NCBI GenBank assembly: GCA_002413865.1
Contig: DHXX01000012.1
Span: forward strand, 20,241 to 84,240
Source of the DNA: Candidatus Saccharibacteria bacterium UBA5145
GTDB lineage: Bacteria; Patescibacteriota; Saccharimonadia; Saccharimonadales; UBA4665
Direction of reading: 5' to 3'
DNA length: 64,000 bases
In this document: in pieces, positions 38,778 to 48,709 of the stretch
How positions within the stretch are numbered: position 1 is the stretch's first letter
Layout: each line of letters opens with the position of its first letter
The notes under the pieces: generated by a model
Databases searched by the model: none
What the model was told of the DNA's origin: nothing
The model's input: only the letters and a program-made list of their open reading frames with translations
Position numbers and translations under genes: made by a program

Positions 38778-39080
38778 TTATGTAATGTATAATGATCTGT
38801 AATTCATGAATAAACCAAAACTTTCAAGTTTATTATGCCACTCTAACTCGGTATCGCGCACACCAATAACCCGGTGTAATTCGTCGATCTGGGCTTGGCT
38901 AACGTTGGCACCGTTCTTCTTGCGTTTATTCGTGAATTGCTCGGGCAAAGCTTGCTTGGCAGCATCGCGCCATTTAGTAATTTGAGTGGGATGAACCTCA
39001 TACTGAGTGGCTACTTGGTTAATGTTTTTATCACCTGCCAGAGCCGCCAAAGCGACTGTAGTACGTATATGTTTTCGCAT
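38778..39080 (-). pseudogene. IS3-family transposase OrfA remnant
   Basis: VALAALAGDKNINQVATQYEVHPTQITKWR...IDELHRVIG...ELEW; no OrfB integrase seen. Confidence 0.7.
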
Positions 39081-39198
39081 ACTGCAATCTACTTATGGTT
39101 CGATAGTCAACCAAGCCTACCGGCTCGCTACTACCTATAGTATGTCCAGAAAAGAGATTTTAACGGGCTTTGTGGTTTTAGTCGACCACTATACTGCA

Positions 39199-40713
39199 CT
39201 ACCGATTAGGTACTAAGTATAGAAAGTATACTTCGTCATCTTTAGCAGCTGATCGATTGAATTTAGCTATAAATTTTACCTTTTTTGCTTGGTAGGCATT
39301 AAATTGAAAAGGGCTTATCAACAAAACATCGCTATTTTTGTCATGTGCAATTTTTACCGAAACATCAATTTCTCGATTAAAAGTGTTAGGTTGTTGCCTT
39401 CTTAAGTCCCATATAACAAAACTACCCCATCTTGCAGACTGAGGGTAATAGGCAGTTTTATTTAAATAACCTAAGACAGGCGAGGTATTATAATCTAAGT
39501 AGCCAACTATAGGTAAACTTTCCAGGTTACTAGATTTTATATAATTAGCTGCTGTCTTTGCGTCCGAAAATGGAAAGTTTATATCTTGATAGACAGCTAC
39601 ACCACCTGCGATAAACTGCAATGATATCAATAGAGTGATAATTATCTGCTGGTATAGGATTAGTCCCTTACCCGTTTTATACTTCTTCTGCTCTGCAAAT
39701 AACAGCCAAACACATGCAAAAAACAAAATATACAAATAGCCGTGATGCCGCAGTGATGCTAAATACTTTAGCTCAAAAAAACTAATTAGTATCGCTGAGC
39801 CAACTATATATGTAGCTAATATTTTAATATTTCTTGAGAAGAAAATCACGGCTGCAACAATTAGTGAGCTTGACAGCAAAACAAGGTCGTTGACTCTCGT
39901 TACAAAGTTACTGCCCCAAAATGTTGCAATACGTTGGGGTATTGGAGCATAGCTTTCCCAAACTGTTGCAATTGCGTATCCAATCCCAGTAGATTTGGGG
40001 CCAACGACAGGTACTTCGTCAGAAGGTGGCCTGACTTGAGCGTAACAAAGAAGTAGCCCAACTATACTAATCAGTCCCACTAGAACGAGTGGCGACCAGC
40101 TACGATTTTCCTTACTGGTGCTCAATAAGAAATTCCATAATACGTATATTATCAATGCAGGGACTAATAGCACAGCGATTGAGTTTGATTGCGTAATTAA
40201 AAATATGCTAAGACCAATAGCTAAGTAGTTCTTATGTTCTGCTGTCATTAGAACGCAAAAAATAATAACGAATAATACTCCTAGTCCGTAGCTACGAGCT
40301 ATTATTCCGTACTCATAAAAAGAAAAGTATCCAAATGCGATTAAGATTTTCTGTATTCTATTAAATGGGGAATATCTTGCTATAAGGTAGACTGAGGCTG
40401 TAGCTATTGCAATACTAATTAGCTGCATGGCTATAGGGTTGCTCGTGAATCTTGATAAGCAAAAAAGTAATAAATGCCACAGAGGAGGCGACCCTTCATA
40501 CCGTATATTATGAAAAAGGTTAATTGGGTTTGTGCTATGAACTGCAATTAGCCAAGCTTGAAGTTCATCCCGCCACATTTCATGGAAATGCATTACTGCG
40601 AGTTCGCATATAAAAAATATTGAAGTTAGGCTTAATGTAAATCGTGTATTTTTTACATATTCAACGAGAGTGATACGAATTGTCTTATATTTTTTGCTGT
40701 AGAGATAGTGCAT
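39199..40713 (-). CDS. Polytopic membrane protein, GT-C glycosyltransferase-like
   Basis: HEMWRDELQAW...YEGSPPLW, YEYGIIARSY; about 11 TM helices; AT-rich. Confidence 0.7.
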   Translation of the reverse strand: MHYLYSKKYKTIRITLVEYVKNTRFTLSLTSIFFICELAVMHFHEMWRDELQAWLIAVHSTNPINLFHNIRYEGSPPLWHLLLFCLSRFTSNPIAMQLISIAIATASVYLIARYSPFNRIQKILIAFGYFSFYEYGIIARSYGLGVLFVIIFCVLMTAEHKNYLAIGLSIFLITQSNSIAVLLVPALIIYVLWNFLLSTSKENRSWSPLVLVGLISIVGLLLCYAQVRPPSDEVPVVGPKSTGIGYAIATVWESYAPIPQRIATFWGSNFVTRVNDLVLLSSSLIVAAVIFFSRNIKILATYIVGSAILISFFELKYLASLRHHGYLYILFFACVWLLFAEQKKYKTGKGLILYQQIIITLLISLQFIAGGVAVYQDINFPFSDAKTAANYIKSSNLESLPIVGYLDYNTSPVLGYLNKTAYYPQSARWGSFVIWDLRRQQPNTFNREIDVSVKIAHDKNSDVLLISPFQFNAYQAKKVKFIAKFNRSAAKDDEVYFLYLVPNR

Positions 40714-40736
40714 TAAACTTTTGGGAACAGAGTTAT

Positions 40737-42527
40737 TTACGGTTGATACCAGGCATTACCTTCCGCGCGGAAGGTGCCGTTATTAACGAGGACCGATTTT
40801 TCCCACGCATCGGTTGTAAAGAAGTGTTCGTAAGATTTTGGATTATATAGTCGATATACGGGTGCACCTGCGTTCGACGGATTGCCATACCAAGCGATAC
40901 CTTCATCTTGCCAGCCGGAAGTACTTATAAGTACCGATTTTTCCCAGGCATCCGCCGTAAAGAGATGTGACCCGAGAGCGGGGTTATATAATCGATAAAC
41001 GGGGGCAGAAGTGCTCGTTTGACTAGCCCGCCAAGCAGCGCCTTCATAGGTGTAGCCGGCTTGGATCATCTGGTCGCGTTCGTAGACATCTTCGGTCCAG
41101 AAGTGTGTGCTGCCAGCCATGTTGCCAAATCGATAGACTAGCTCCTGTCCGGCTGGCGGGGCAACTTCTTGGCGGACCGTACTAATAGAAGTAAAAGCCA
41201 CGCCTTCATAGTTATAGCCTTGGGCAATCAAGTAATCACGATCTGCAATGCTGGCCACCCATTTGTGAATTTGCATCGTTGGGGAATACAATCGAAATAC
41301 TGGGTAACCGGTATTGGTATTGCCTGGGTCGGCATAGAAATCTACGCCCCGACCAGTATATCCAATTGCCACTAGGCCATCATACTCTGCCTTGCTGGCA
41401 GTAATGAAGCCATCCCCAGCAGGTGAATCAAGTAGGTACACAGGTATATTCCCAGTCAGCGGCACCACGTTACCGTAGAAGGCAATGCCTTGATAGTCGT
41501 AGACGGAGTTGTCGACGAGATCTTGCCTGAGGGCAACTGAAGATGTGTAATAGGGTTTTCCTGTCGGGCTGGTCAGGAACCAGATACAAGATCGGGTCGT
41601 GTTGGTCGCCACGGTACAGCCAGGCATAGGTACTGATTTAGTACTGCCAAACCACTGCGTGAAAATATTGTAAAAACTCTGATTCCCCGGGAAGTGCGGG
41701 GTATACCAATAGAGTGCCGCGGTCGCGCCGCTTTGTACTTGAACAGCGGTGCTATCGATAGTCAATAGGCCGTCGTGATAGGTTGCCGCTGCGCTCGGAC
41801 AGACCGCAAAAGTACCGGCAGTGGTCGGACCGCCATAACAAGACTGCGGGTCATCTGAATTGTCCCAATTACCTTTGATTACTGCCCAGCTAACGTTGCC
41901 GTGAGAACGTTGCTCCCCAAATCTAAGCAGCCACGTCGCCCGAATAACCTGCTCGGTAAAGCCGGCTTTGAGGGGGCTGTTAACGCAAGTGTTGGTGACG
42001 GAGTTAACGGGTGTGCCGTGAGAATAAAATAATGGCGTCGATAAAGTCCCAGGGTCGGTGCCGTTGGTGTAGGTGTAAGTATGGCTGGCGGTGTCCGAAT
42101 CGGTACAGGCATAACCCGCGACCGCCGACAAGGCCAAGGCGCTACACCCGTAGGGGCCGTTGCCAACCACCGTGCCTTCCTCTTTCTGAAGCGTAGACAG
42201 AAGAACCTGCGGGTTCAGCCCATAGGCTTGGGCGGCATCGTAGATTACCTGGCCGGCCGAGACAGGGGCTCCATAGAGATAGCCGTTCGTCGGGTTGTAG
42301 CCCGTGGGATCAGGGGCGCTAAAGCCATTGTTAGTGCTAATGCAGCTGCTGGGAAAACCGTTGAGAAAGGTGTCGATCTGGCCCGCGTTCATCGAGTTAA
42401 AATTATTAAAAACAGAGTCATCGATGATGTCGTTCTGGTCGAAAGTGTAAGCGTGGGCTGTGCCCGAGACTCCCAGACTAATTAGTACGGCTAAAACCGC
42501 CAGGGAATAGAGTTTTCGCTTGATCAT
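40737..42527 (-). CDS. Secreted protein: lysozyme-like N-terminal domain plus C-terminal VYRLYNP...EG.AW repeats
   Basis: AHA signal peptide; IYDAAQAYGLNPQVLLSTLQKE; about six ~48 aa repeats. Confidence 0.7.
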   Translation of the reverse strand: MIKRKLYSLAVLAVLISLGVSGTAHAYTFDQNDIIDDSVFNNFNSMNAGQIDTFLNGFPSSCISTNNGFSAPDPTGYNPTNGYLYGAPVSAGQVIYDAAQAYGLNPQVLLSTLQKEEGTVVGNGPYGCSALALSAVAGYACTDSDTASHTYTYTNGTDPGTLSTPLFYSHGTPVNSVTNTCVNSPLKAGFTEQVIRATWLLRFGEQRSHGNVSWAVIKGNWDNSDDPQSCYGGPTTAGTFAVCPSAAATYHDGLLTIDSTAVQVQSGATAALYWYTPHFPGNQSFYNIFTQWFGSTKSVPMPGCTVATNTTRSCIWFLTSPTGKPYYTSSVALRQDLVDNSVYDYQGIAFYGNVVPLTGNIPVYLLDSPAGDGFITASKAEYDGLVAIGYTGRGVDFYADPGNTNTGYPVFRLYSPTMQIHKWVASIADRDYLIAQGYNYEGVAFTSISTVRQEVAPPAGQELVYRFGNMAGSTHFWTEDVYERDQMIQAGYTYEGAAWRASQTSTSAPVYRLYNPALGSHLFTADAWEKSVLISTSGWQDEGIAWYGNPSNAGAPVYRLYNPKSYEHFFTTDAWEKSVLVNNGTFRAEGNAWYQP

Positions 42528-43120
42528 GGCTTTATCTCGAGGTTGGTAGCGTCGGTGCCCGTTTTGGTCTGTCCATTAAGCGTGGCAACAGCACTCACTT
42601 GCCAGGTGCCAGGTGTAAGTCCAATGCTATTCGGTGTCCAGCTAGGCCAGTAAGCAGAGCCGCCACTGTCAGTAGTTTCAGAAGATAAATATCGAGTCAG
42701 GGTACCGGACGTAAACGCGATTTTGCAAGTCGCACCTACTGTCGTGTTACAGACCGATGAGAGTGCCGTGCTGGATGGTACGTTGGCATGGGCACTCACG
42801 AAATTACCAAATGGAGTGATCAAGTCGGCAGTGGTGACGGTATTGCTTTTTGTGTCGCCGGGTTGGCTGGTGTTGGCCGACCCAGAAGGGGTCGAAGCCG
42901 GTGTCCCTGAATTTTGTTGGCTTGAATTGGTGGTAGCGGTCTTTTCGCCTTTGGTCGACTGACCAGCGCTGACAGCTGGCTTTGTGGGGCTGTTTTTGTG
43001 AAAGAGATGGGTCGTGTTGGTCAATTCAAGCACCGCTAAAACTGCTGCAAGCGCCAGCAACAGGGCTGCCACAATGAAAAGAGGGCGTTTATAGGGAGAT
43101 GGTTTTTTGTATGTATACAT
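42524..43120 (-). CDS. Membrane-anchored Ser/Thr-rich hypothetical protein
   Basis: N-terminal TM helix, low-complexity linker, beta-rich domain with Cys pair; stop overlaps next start. Confidence 0.7.
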   Translation of the reverse strand: MYTYKKPSPYKRPLFIVAALLLALAAVLAVLELTNTTHLFHKNSPTKPAVSAGQSTKGEKTATTNSSQQNSGTPASTPSGSANTSQPGDTKSNTVTTADLITPFGNFVSAHANVPSSTALSSVCNTTVGATCKIAFTSGTLTRYLSSETTDSGGSAYWPSWTPNSIGLTPGTWQVSAVATLNGQTKTGTDATNLEIKP

Positions 43121-43265
43121 GATGTTTATTTTAGTTTATTTGTATAACAAGTATAAGCTTTTTAAGCAATTCGAGCAAGTCGGTAAGCGCCAACCAACAG
43201 ATTAATACAACGAATTAGTCAATAAAATAAAGGACATAAACATGATATGATGACCACCAAGAGTT

Positions 43266-44732
43266 ATGAAATTACCAGTCAGACCGTTTGCCAGAATTGT
43301 GCGTTGGCTCGCCAGCAGCCCGATCAAGTTTTTTGTCGTCACTTCATTAGTATTTGGTTTTGCGTTTATAATCCTAGTTCCACCTTTCCAGATTCCTGAC
43401 GAGTTTACCCACTTTACGCGCTCTTACGAAGTGAGCGAGCTAAAAACTGGACACGGACAATACCAAAAGAAGCTATATGTTAAGGGCAGCGAATTGCCAA
43501 AAAGTATCTTGCTTACTTACAACAAGACTTGGTTGCACCACAAACAAGGTACGCCAGACGTGCCCCAGGCACAAAAGTATTCCTGGAACCAGACGTCGGC
43601 ATCCTTAAATATCCCACTAAATAAATCAATCGTTAGCTTTTATAACACCGGCGCTGTGCCGGCATATGTTCCTCCGGTTTACGTGCCCCAAGCAATCATT
43701 ATAAAAGTACTAAGCTTGATGAATGCACCTGTCATTGTAATGCTGTATGCAACGCGCCTTGTCGGCTTACTGATATGGATATCATTGGCGGTGCTTGCTC
43801 TGCGGGTAATGCCCCCTACGAAACGAAGGCTAGCGTTAGCGAGCGTACTTCTACTGCCGATGTTCATAGCTCAAGCGTCGGTGAGTACAGACCCGCTTCT
43901 TACGGGTACGACCGTGTTATATCTGGTATTCATAACAAACATGCTCATCAATAAAGAGGTTCTGACGAAGAAAAAACTTATTCTCCTGACGGTGCTTCTA
44001 CTTATTATGGTCATGGCAAAACCGGTGTACATCGCATTCGGTATATTACTGTTCGCTACTCGCACAAGACAGAGTGCTCTCAAGGGTTTTATTATAAAAA
44101 CTCTCGGCATTGCTACTCCATTTATACTTTATTGCTTGTGGTCGGCACTTACCAAGGATCACGGCGGTCCTCTATATATTGACGCTATCGCCAGTAGCCA
44201 CGCCGACCCATCAATGCAAGTTGGCTATCTCGTGCCGAATATATTTAATTTCTTTGAACCATTTGTAAACACGCTGCTACTCGGATGGGGCGACGGTATA
44301 TACGTGTCGGTCATAGGGGATTTTGGTAAGCTAGACACTCCGCTGCCACTTTTCTTTATCGCCTTAGGCTACACGCTTACTTTGATAGCTGTATTTGTGG
44401 GAGTAGATGAAAAAGAAGATGAGCGTGACGCGCGAGCTTTCTGCGCTAGAAAAAGCAGCATACTGTTCGCGTTACTCACTTCGCTGATTTTTATAGTCGG
44501 TGTTTATCTAGCTATGTATGTTTACTCAACCCCACCACACGAAAGAGTCGTTACGGGCGTACAGGGCAGGTATCTACTACCGCTTCTGCCGCTACTGACA
44601 CTATTTGTCGCAAAGAGCTGGGTTACGATGAGAGAGACCGCCTACGACTTAATAATGACCTCGTTGCCACTTATTTTGCTCGTCGTATCGACAATAGTCA
44701 TATTCCTTAGATTCTACGTGTTATATCCTTAA
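43266..44732 (+). CDS. DUF2142-like membrane protein (GT-C-like)
   Basis: PPFQIPDEFTHFTRSY, YVPQA, LLPM, GVQGRYLLP. Confidence 0.8.
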   Translation: MKLPVRPFARIVRWLASSPIKFFVVTSLVFGFAFIILVPPFQIPDEFTHFTRSYEVSELKTGHGQYQKKLYVKGSELPKSILLTYNKTWLHHKQGTPDVPQAQKYSWNQTSASLNIPLNKSIVSFYNTGAVPAYVPPVYVPQAIIIKVLSLMNAPVIVMLYATRLVGLLIWISLAVLALRVMPPTKRRLALASVLLLPMFIAQASVSTDPLLTGTTVLYLVFITNMLINKEVLTKKKLILLTVLLLIMVMAKPVYIAFGILLFATRTRQSALKGFIIKTLGIATPFILYCLWSALTKDHGGPLYIDAIASSHADPSMQVGYLVPNIFNFFEPFVNTLLLGWGDGIYVSVIGDFGKLDTPLPLFFIALGYTLTLIAVFVGVDEKEDERDARAFCARKSSILFALLTSLIFIVGVYLAMYVYSTPPHERVVTGVQGRYLLPLLPLLTLFVAKSWVTMRETAYDLIMTSLPLILLVVSTIVIFLRFYVLYP

Positions 44733-44825
44733 AGGGTTGCTTATTGGGTTCGACACTATCTATTTTGGTGGAGCATGCACAATGCTTGGCCGCATAGATT
44801 AATAGTTACCCATGGCACTTATACC

Positions 44826-44854
44826 TTGACAGCACGTAATCAGGGGTGTATACT
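44826..44854 (+). promoter_or_regulatory. Transposase promoter starting in left TIR
   Basis: TTGACA, 17 nt, TATACT, then 7 nt to ATG. Confidence 0.75.
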
Positions 44855-44861
44855 AATTAGT

Positions 44862-45740
44862 ATGAAAGCTATGAAATACACCATAACAGACCTGAGAGCG
44901 GATTTTCCAGACGACGCTGCTTGTTTGGGATGGCTGAAAGACTACTTGTTTCCTGACGGTATCAGTTGCCCGACCGAAAACAAGGTCACGCCCCACCATA
45001 AACTTAGTAAGCGCAAAGCTTACTCTTGTGAGTTATGTGGTCATCACACTTACCCTACCGCTAATACTATCTTTCATAAGTCCTCTACGCCACTGACACT
45101 ATGGTTCTACGCTATCTACTTTATGACCGCCACCCGTGCAGGGATTAGCGCTAAACAGCTTGAACGTGAGCTAGGCGTGACTTATAAGACCGCATGGCGT
45201 ATGTTCCACCAAATCCGCTCTATGATGGGTGACGATAGCGAGCTGTCTGGCGAGGTTGAAGTTGATGAAACTTATATACACCCTGACCCATCTAAGAATA
45301 GCCGCCTTAAATCTGAATCGGGCAAACGCTACCACAACAGCCAAGTAATATTTGGCATGGTTGAGCGTGGCGGCAAGGCTAGAGTAAAGCACGTAAAGAG
45401 TGCTGGTAAGCGCGTACTAGTGCCTGAGATACAAAAAGGCATTAAAGTTGGATCTACAGTTTTTAGTGATGAGTGGAAAGCTTACGACAAGTTACCTATG
45501 TATGGCTATCCACATGAGAGTATTAAACACTCTGCTAATCAATACGTTGCTGGGCGTATCCATACACAGAACGTCGATAACTTATGGTCAAACATGAAAC
45601 GTGGCATTAAGGGCGTGTACCGCCATGTGGACGCTCAGTATTTGCAAGCATACGTCGATGAGTACGCATTTCGCTACTCACACCGAAATGATTTTCAACC
45701 TATGTTTTGGGCTTTGATTGGGCAAGTGGCCAAGAAGTAA
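44862..45740 (+). CDS. IS1595-family DDE transposase
   Basis: Zn ribbon, GISAKQLERELGVTYKTAW, VEVDETY, VFSDEW, HTQNVDNLWS, YLQAYVDEYAFRY. Confidence 0.93.
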   Translation: MKAMKYTITDLRADFPDDAACLGWLKDYLFPDGISCPTENKVTPHHKLSKRKAYSCELCGHHTYPTANTIFHKSSTPLTLWFYAIYFMTATRAGISAKQLERELGVTYKTAWRMFHQIRSMMGDDSELSGEVEVDETYIHPDPSKNSRLKSESGKRYHNSQVIFGMVERGGKARVKHVKSAGKRVLVPEIQKGIKVGSTVFSDEWKAYDKLPMYGYPHESIKHSANQYVAGRIHTQNVDNLWSNMKRGIKGVYRHVDAQYLQAYVDEYAFRYSHRNDFQPMFWALIGQVAKK

Positions 45741-45951
45741 GCAGTAGCGTAATAGACATAGTTTTTATGCTTATGGTACAATTATATTACTAATGAATGT
45801 ACGACTGTAGGGGCGCCAGAAGTAACATTATATGAAAACAAAATATTTGACACAAACATCTAAAGCTGCTATTTTTAGTTTCTCAATGTGGGAAATTAAA
45901 AAGAGCCGCTTTACCGAGTAATGCGACTCTTTAAGAACTTGTAGAAGAGTT

Positions 45952-46149
45952 CTAAACTAGCGTTAGCTGCCTGTTCCTATGGAATGGGCAGTTTTCGTTG
46001 TGAGTAACAAACGGAAAACATTTCAATCCATAGTCAGCTGCTCGCAGCACCTTGCCGTTAGGCAGGCGTCGCGTCGCGCTGAAGTGAACAGGGCAGCCGC
46101 AAGTGATTTTTCTCACGGGCGTGCTCCAAATTTTTAAATAACGTGACAA
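45952..46149 (-). CDS. Small Cys/His-containing passenger protein
   Basis: RRLPNGKVLRAADYGLKCFP looks protein-like; start uncertain. Confidence 0.45.
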   Translation of the reverse strand: MSRYLKIWSTPVRKITCGCPVHFSATRRLPNGKVLRAADYGLKCFPFVTHNENCPFHRNRQLTLV

Positions 46150-46595
46150 CCATTGGTCATGCTTACGTTGATACGGTTTTTGTTTTAATTCCTCTTTGGA
46201 TCTGCGCTAACTCGGATTGTCATCCCCGCTGTTTATTTCCAACAAAAAAGTCCCATACCAATATCTGGCATGGGCGTGTGTTTATTACGCCGATAGGCAT
46301 ATGGTCTTTTGGGACCCATGCCAGATATCGAAACAGGACTAGATTATTAACACAATTTAACCCACGGCGACCAAGCCATAAAAGCGTTGTGTGCGAAGCC
46401 CAAAACTAGACTTATACGACATACTTTAAAGCATTAGCGTCGTTTTTGCAAGGCAATCGTGATGTGCTATTTACTTACTTTTCTTGCGAGCGACTTTTTT
46501 TAATACCTTAAAGAACTGAGATTTGCTAGGTGGCGTGACGGGTTTATCCATGCTTCCAGTATACGCCGCTTTAACCAATGGACAATCATAAACGG

Positions 46596-46847
46596 CTACC
46601 TTATCCAGTCCTTTGGCTGGTAAGCCAATGGCCCCGAAACGAATGCTGATGGGACCTTTTCTATACCGGCTTTTGATAAACGACGGCAGATACAGGAGGG
46701 GCAAAGCAGGCCAGCACCGCCCTCCGTACCAACGCCGGGGCCAAAAGGGGTTATTTTGTTCCATGCCCAGTTAGGGATAAGTAGGTCTGGAAAGCCCGGC
46801 TCACCGTATGGTATTTTACAGTCAAAACACTCAGCTTTAGGTATCAT
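46596..46847 (-). CDS. Small zinc-finger-like passenger protein
   Basis: CFDC...LLCPSCI; TAGGTGG upstream. Confidence 0.6.
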   Translation of the reverse strand: MIPKAECFDCKIPYGEPGFPDLLIPNWAWNKITPFGPGVGTEGGAGLLCPSCICRRLSKAGIEKVPSAFVSGPLAYQPKDWIR

Positions 46848-46877
46848 GAACCCACCTAAGTTTTAAGGAGTATAGCA

Positions 46878-47030
46878 ATGGCAAAAGTTTCACCGTTTCA
46901 TTCAAAACTACCAGAAACAGACGTGTACCACGATAATAGCTCGTGTACACTTGGCGACAATATCGAAAGCTACAACCGGATAGCTGGTACTGGCGGCCTT
47001 CGTAAGTGTAGCCAATGCGCCACCCTATAA
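46878..47030 (+). CDS. 50 aa His/Cys micro-protein (not in ORF track)
   Basis: AAGGAG SD; MAKVSPFHSKLPETDVYHDNSSCTLGDNIESYNRIAGTGGLRKCSQCATL*; terminator follows. Confidence 0.75.
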   Translation: MAKVSPFHSKLPETDVYHDNSSCTLGDNIESYNRIAGTGGLRKCSQCATL

Positions 47031-47046
47031 CTGGCAAGTACTGAGG

Positions 47047-47085
47047 ATAAAACGCCGGCAGTGAAAATCGCCGGCGTTTTATTTT
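47047..47085 (+). terminator. Terminator inside right end of the IS
   Basis: ATAAAACGCCGGC...GCCGGCGTTTTATTTT. Confidence 0.75.
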
Positions 47086-47232
47086 ATATAAGTTACGTGC
47101 TCTCATGGTATAAGTGCCATACCCATGAGTCGATTGAGTTGCGTTGCCGTGTGGGCTCCGGTCTGCTGCGGCGTAGAGTAGGGGCTGACGATGGGATATT
47201 AGAACAGGCGAATACTGGCTAGCTAAAAGAGG

Positions 47233-48549
47233 CTATTGCCCGTTCCAATACTGGGCGATCATTCCAATCCCTGCGACTAAGTTGTTGTCCCAATTGCCGC
47301 CAGCAGGCAGACCCGAGACTGTTCCGTTGACCGTAAAGTTTGCGCCGTTTTGGGTACTTCCGTTGGTTCTCGTAGCCGTTAGTCCATGGAAGTTGAAATC
47401 GGTTGTATTCCAGGTACCGTTAAGGCCGCAATAGGTGGGGCAAGTGTCGCCGACTGCAACCTGTGTATTTGTAAATGTATCATTGACCGAATCACCGTTA
47501 AGACGGGCATTACCTTCGACGTTGAAGAACAGTCTAGGTATGAGATTGACGGATATGTTTGCAACCGGTGTTGCTCCTTCGTAAAATACGGCCGTTTGTT
47601 CACCTTTCCACCATTTGAGGGTTACCGGGTTGTTCCCGGCTGCTGCTGGGCCAAGGTATTGATAGGTAAAGACGCCGTTCTGGACGCGTTCCCAAATATA
47701 GTAGGGATTACCCTGAGACTCCGGTGCCCCGGTATCTGATTGAATACCGATCGAGATAGCATTGTTACTAGCGTCGTGGGCATTGATATACGCCGAGTGG
47801 CCGGTCCCGGTTCCTGCTTGAGACAGCGTAGCACTATAAGTTAAGTAGGGGCTACTTGCCGGTATGACGATGGGGTCAGCCACTACCGAGCCTGGTGAGA
47901 AGTTGATTCCGCTAAAAGTTGTGTCGGCGATATCGCCGGTGTTACGCCCGGCTCCCAAGAACGAGATGGACGGGTTAGTGGCCGCGACCGGGTATGGGCC
48001 GAGAGTTACATTGTTATCAATCGTGACGCTAATTCCTCCGGGACCCCAGTTAAAGGCGAACAGGTGTGAAGTGCCAGTGATAGCACCGCCCGGCCAATAG
48101 CCACCGATTGGCTGGCCGTTCGCCGAGCCTTCGATCATTATGGTCATGCCGTTTGGCGATACTCCCGGATCATGGATCAAACCAAAGGCCACAAAGTTTG
48201 CCGGGTCATTCCAGAACTGCACAAGACCTTTGTAGCCCGTACCGCTGCCGTAGGCACATGCTCCCGGACAATATGAACCATTTAGCACGACATTGAGCGA
48301 GCCAGATGACGCTGCGCGCCAGTTAGTCGTCGAGCCGGATTGGTAGTTGACGCCGCCGGTGCCCCAAGCACCTGAAGTTGCGCGCTGACCCCACGAGTGT
48401 GCGGAATCGTCATACGTCCCTTTTGTTGCGAATAGGCCTTGGTCCCAGCTATGGGGGACTAGTAGTGTCGTGTCCGCAGATACCGCAGGCGAGATAATCC
48501 CTATGGCGAAAATATTGATGAATAAAGCTAGAAAAAGTTTTTGTTTCAT
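47233..48549 (-). CDS. Secreted Gly/Asn/Thr-rich beta-sandwich protein with internal duplication
   Basis: Signal peptide ending AVSA; two similar halves; start taken at MKQKL (48549). Confidence 0.7.
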   Translation of the reverse strand: MKQKLFLALFINIFAIGIISPAVSADTTLLVPHSWDQGLFATKGTYDDSAHSWGQRATSGAWGTGGVNYQSGSTTNWRAASSGSLNVVLNGSYCPGACAYGSGTGYKGLVQFWNDPANFVAFGLIHDPGVSPNGMTIMIEGSANGQPIGGYWPGGAITGTSHLFAFNWGPGGISVTIDNNVTLGPYPVAATNPSISFLGAGRNTGDIADTTFSGINFSPGSVVADPIVIPASSPYLTYSATLSQAGTGTGHSAYINAHDASNNAISIGIQSDTGAPESQGNPYYIWERVQNGVFTYQYLGPAAAGNNPVTLKWWKGEQTAVFYEGATPVANISVNLIPRLFFNVEGNARLNGDSVNDTFTNTQVAVGDTCPTYCGLNGTWNTTDFNFHGLTATRTNGSTQNGANFTVNGTVSGLPAGGNWDNNLVAGIGMIAQYWNGQ

Positions 48550-48709
48550 ACTATTAAGCGTAAGTATAATAGCTTTTGAATCTAAAATACAGCGAAGACC
48601 ACACGAACAGACAATATAACAACGCATGGAATGGCTCATTCAATAGTTTGAGTCACTCGTGCTGAGCTGGTTATCTACTAAGCTTTGTAGTTTCATGTAG
48701 ACTAAAAAC

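Larger units (their letters stand above)
44814..47118 (+). mobile_element. IS1595-family element with passenger genes (~2.3 kb)
   Basis: TIRs GGCACTTATACCTTGACAGCACGTAA and TTACGTGCTCTCATGGTATAAGTGCC (2 mismatches); flanks TTACCCAT / ATACCCAT. Confidence 0.88.

Noticed and set aside
46837..47106. 89 aa minus-strand ORF starting in the right TIR
   Set aside because: Antisense to the better supported 50 aa ORF that has an SD and terminator
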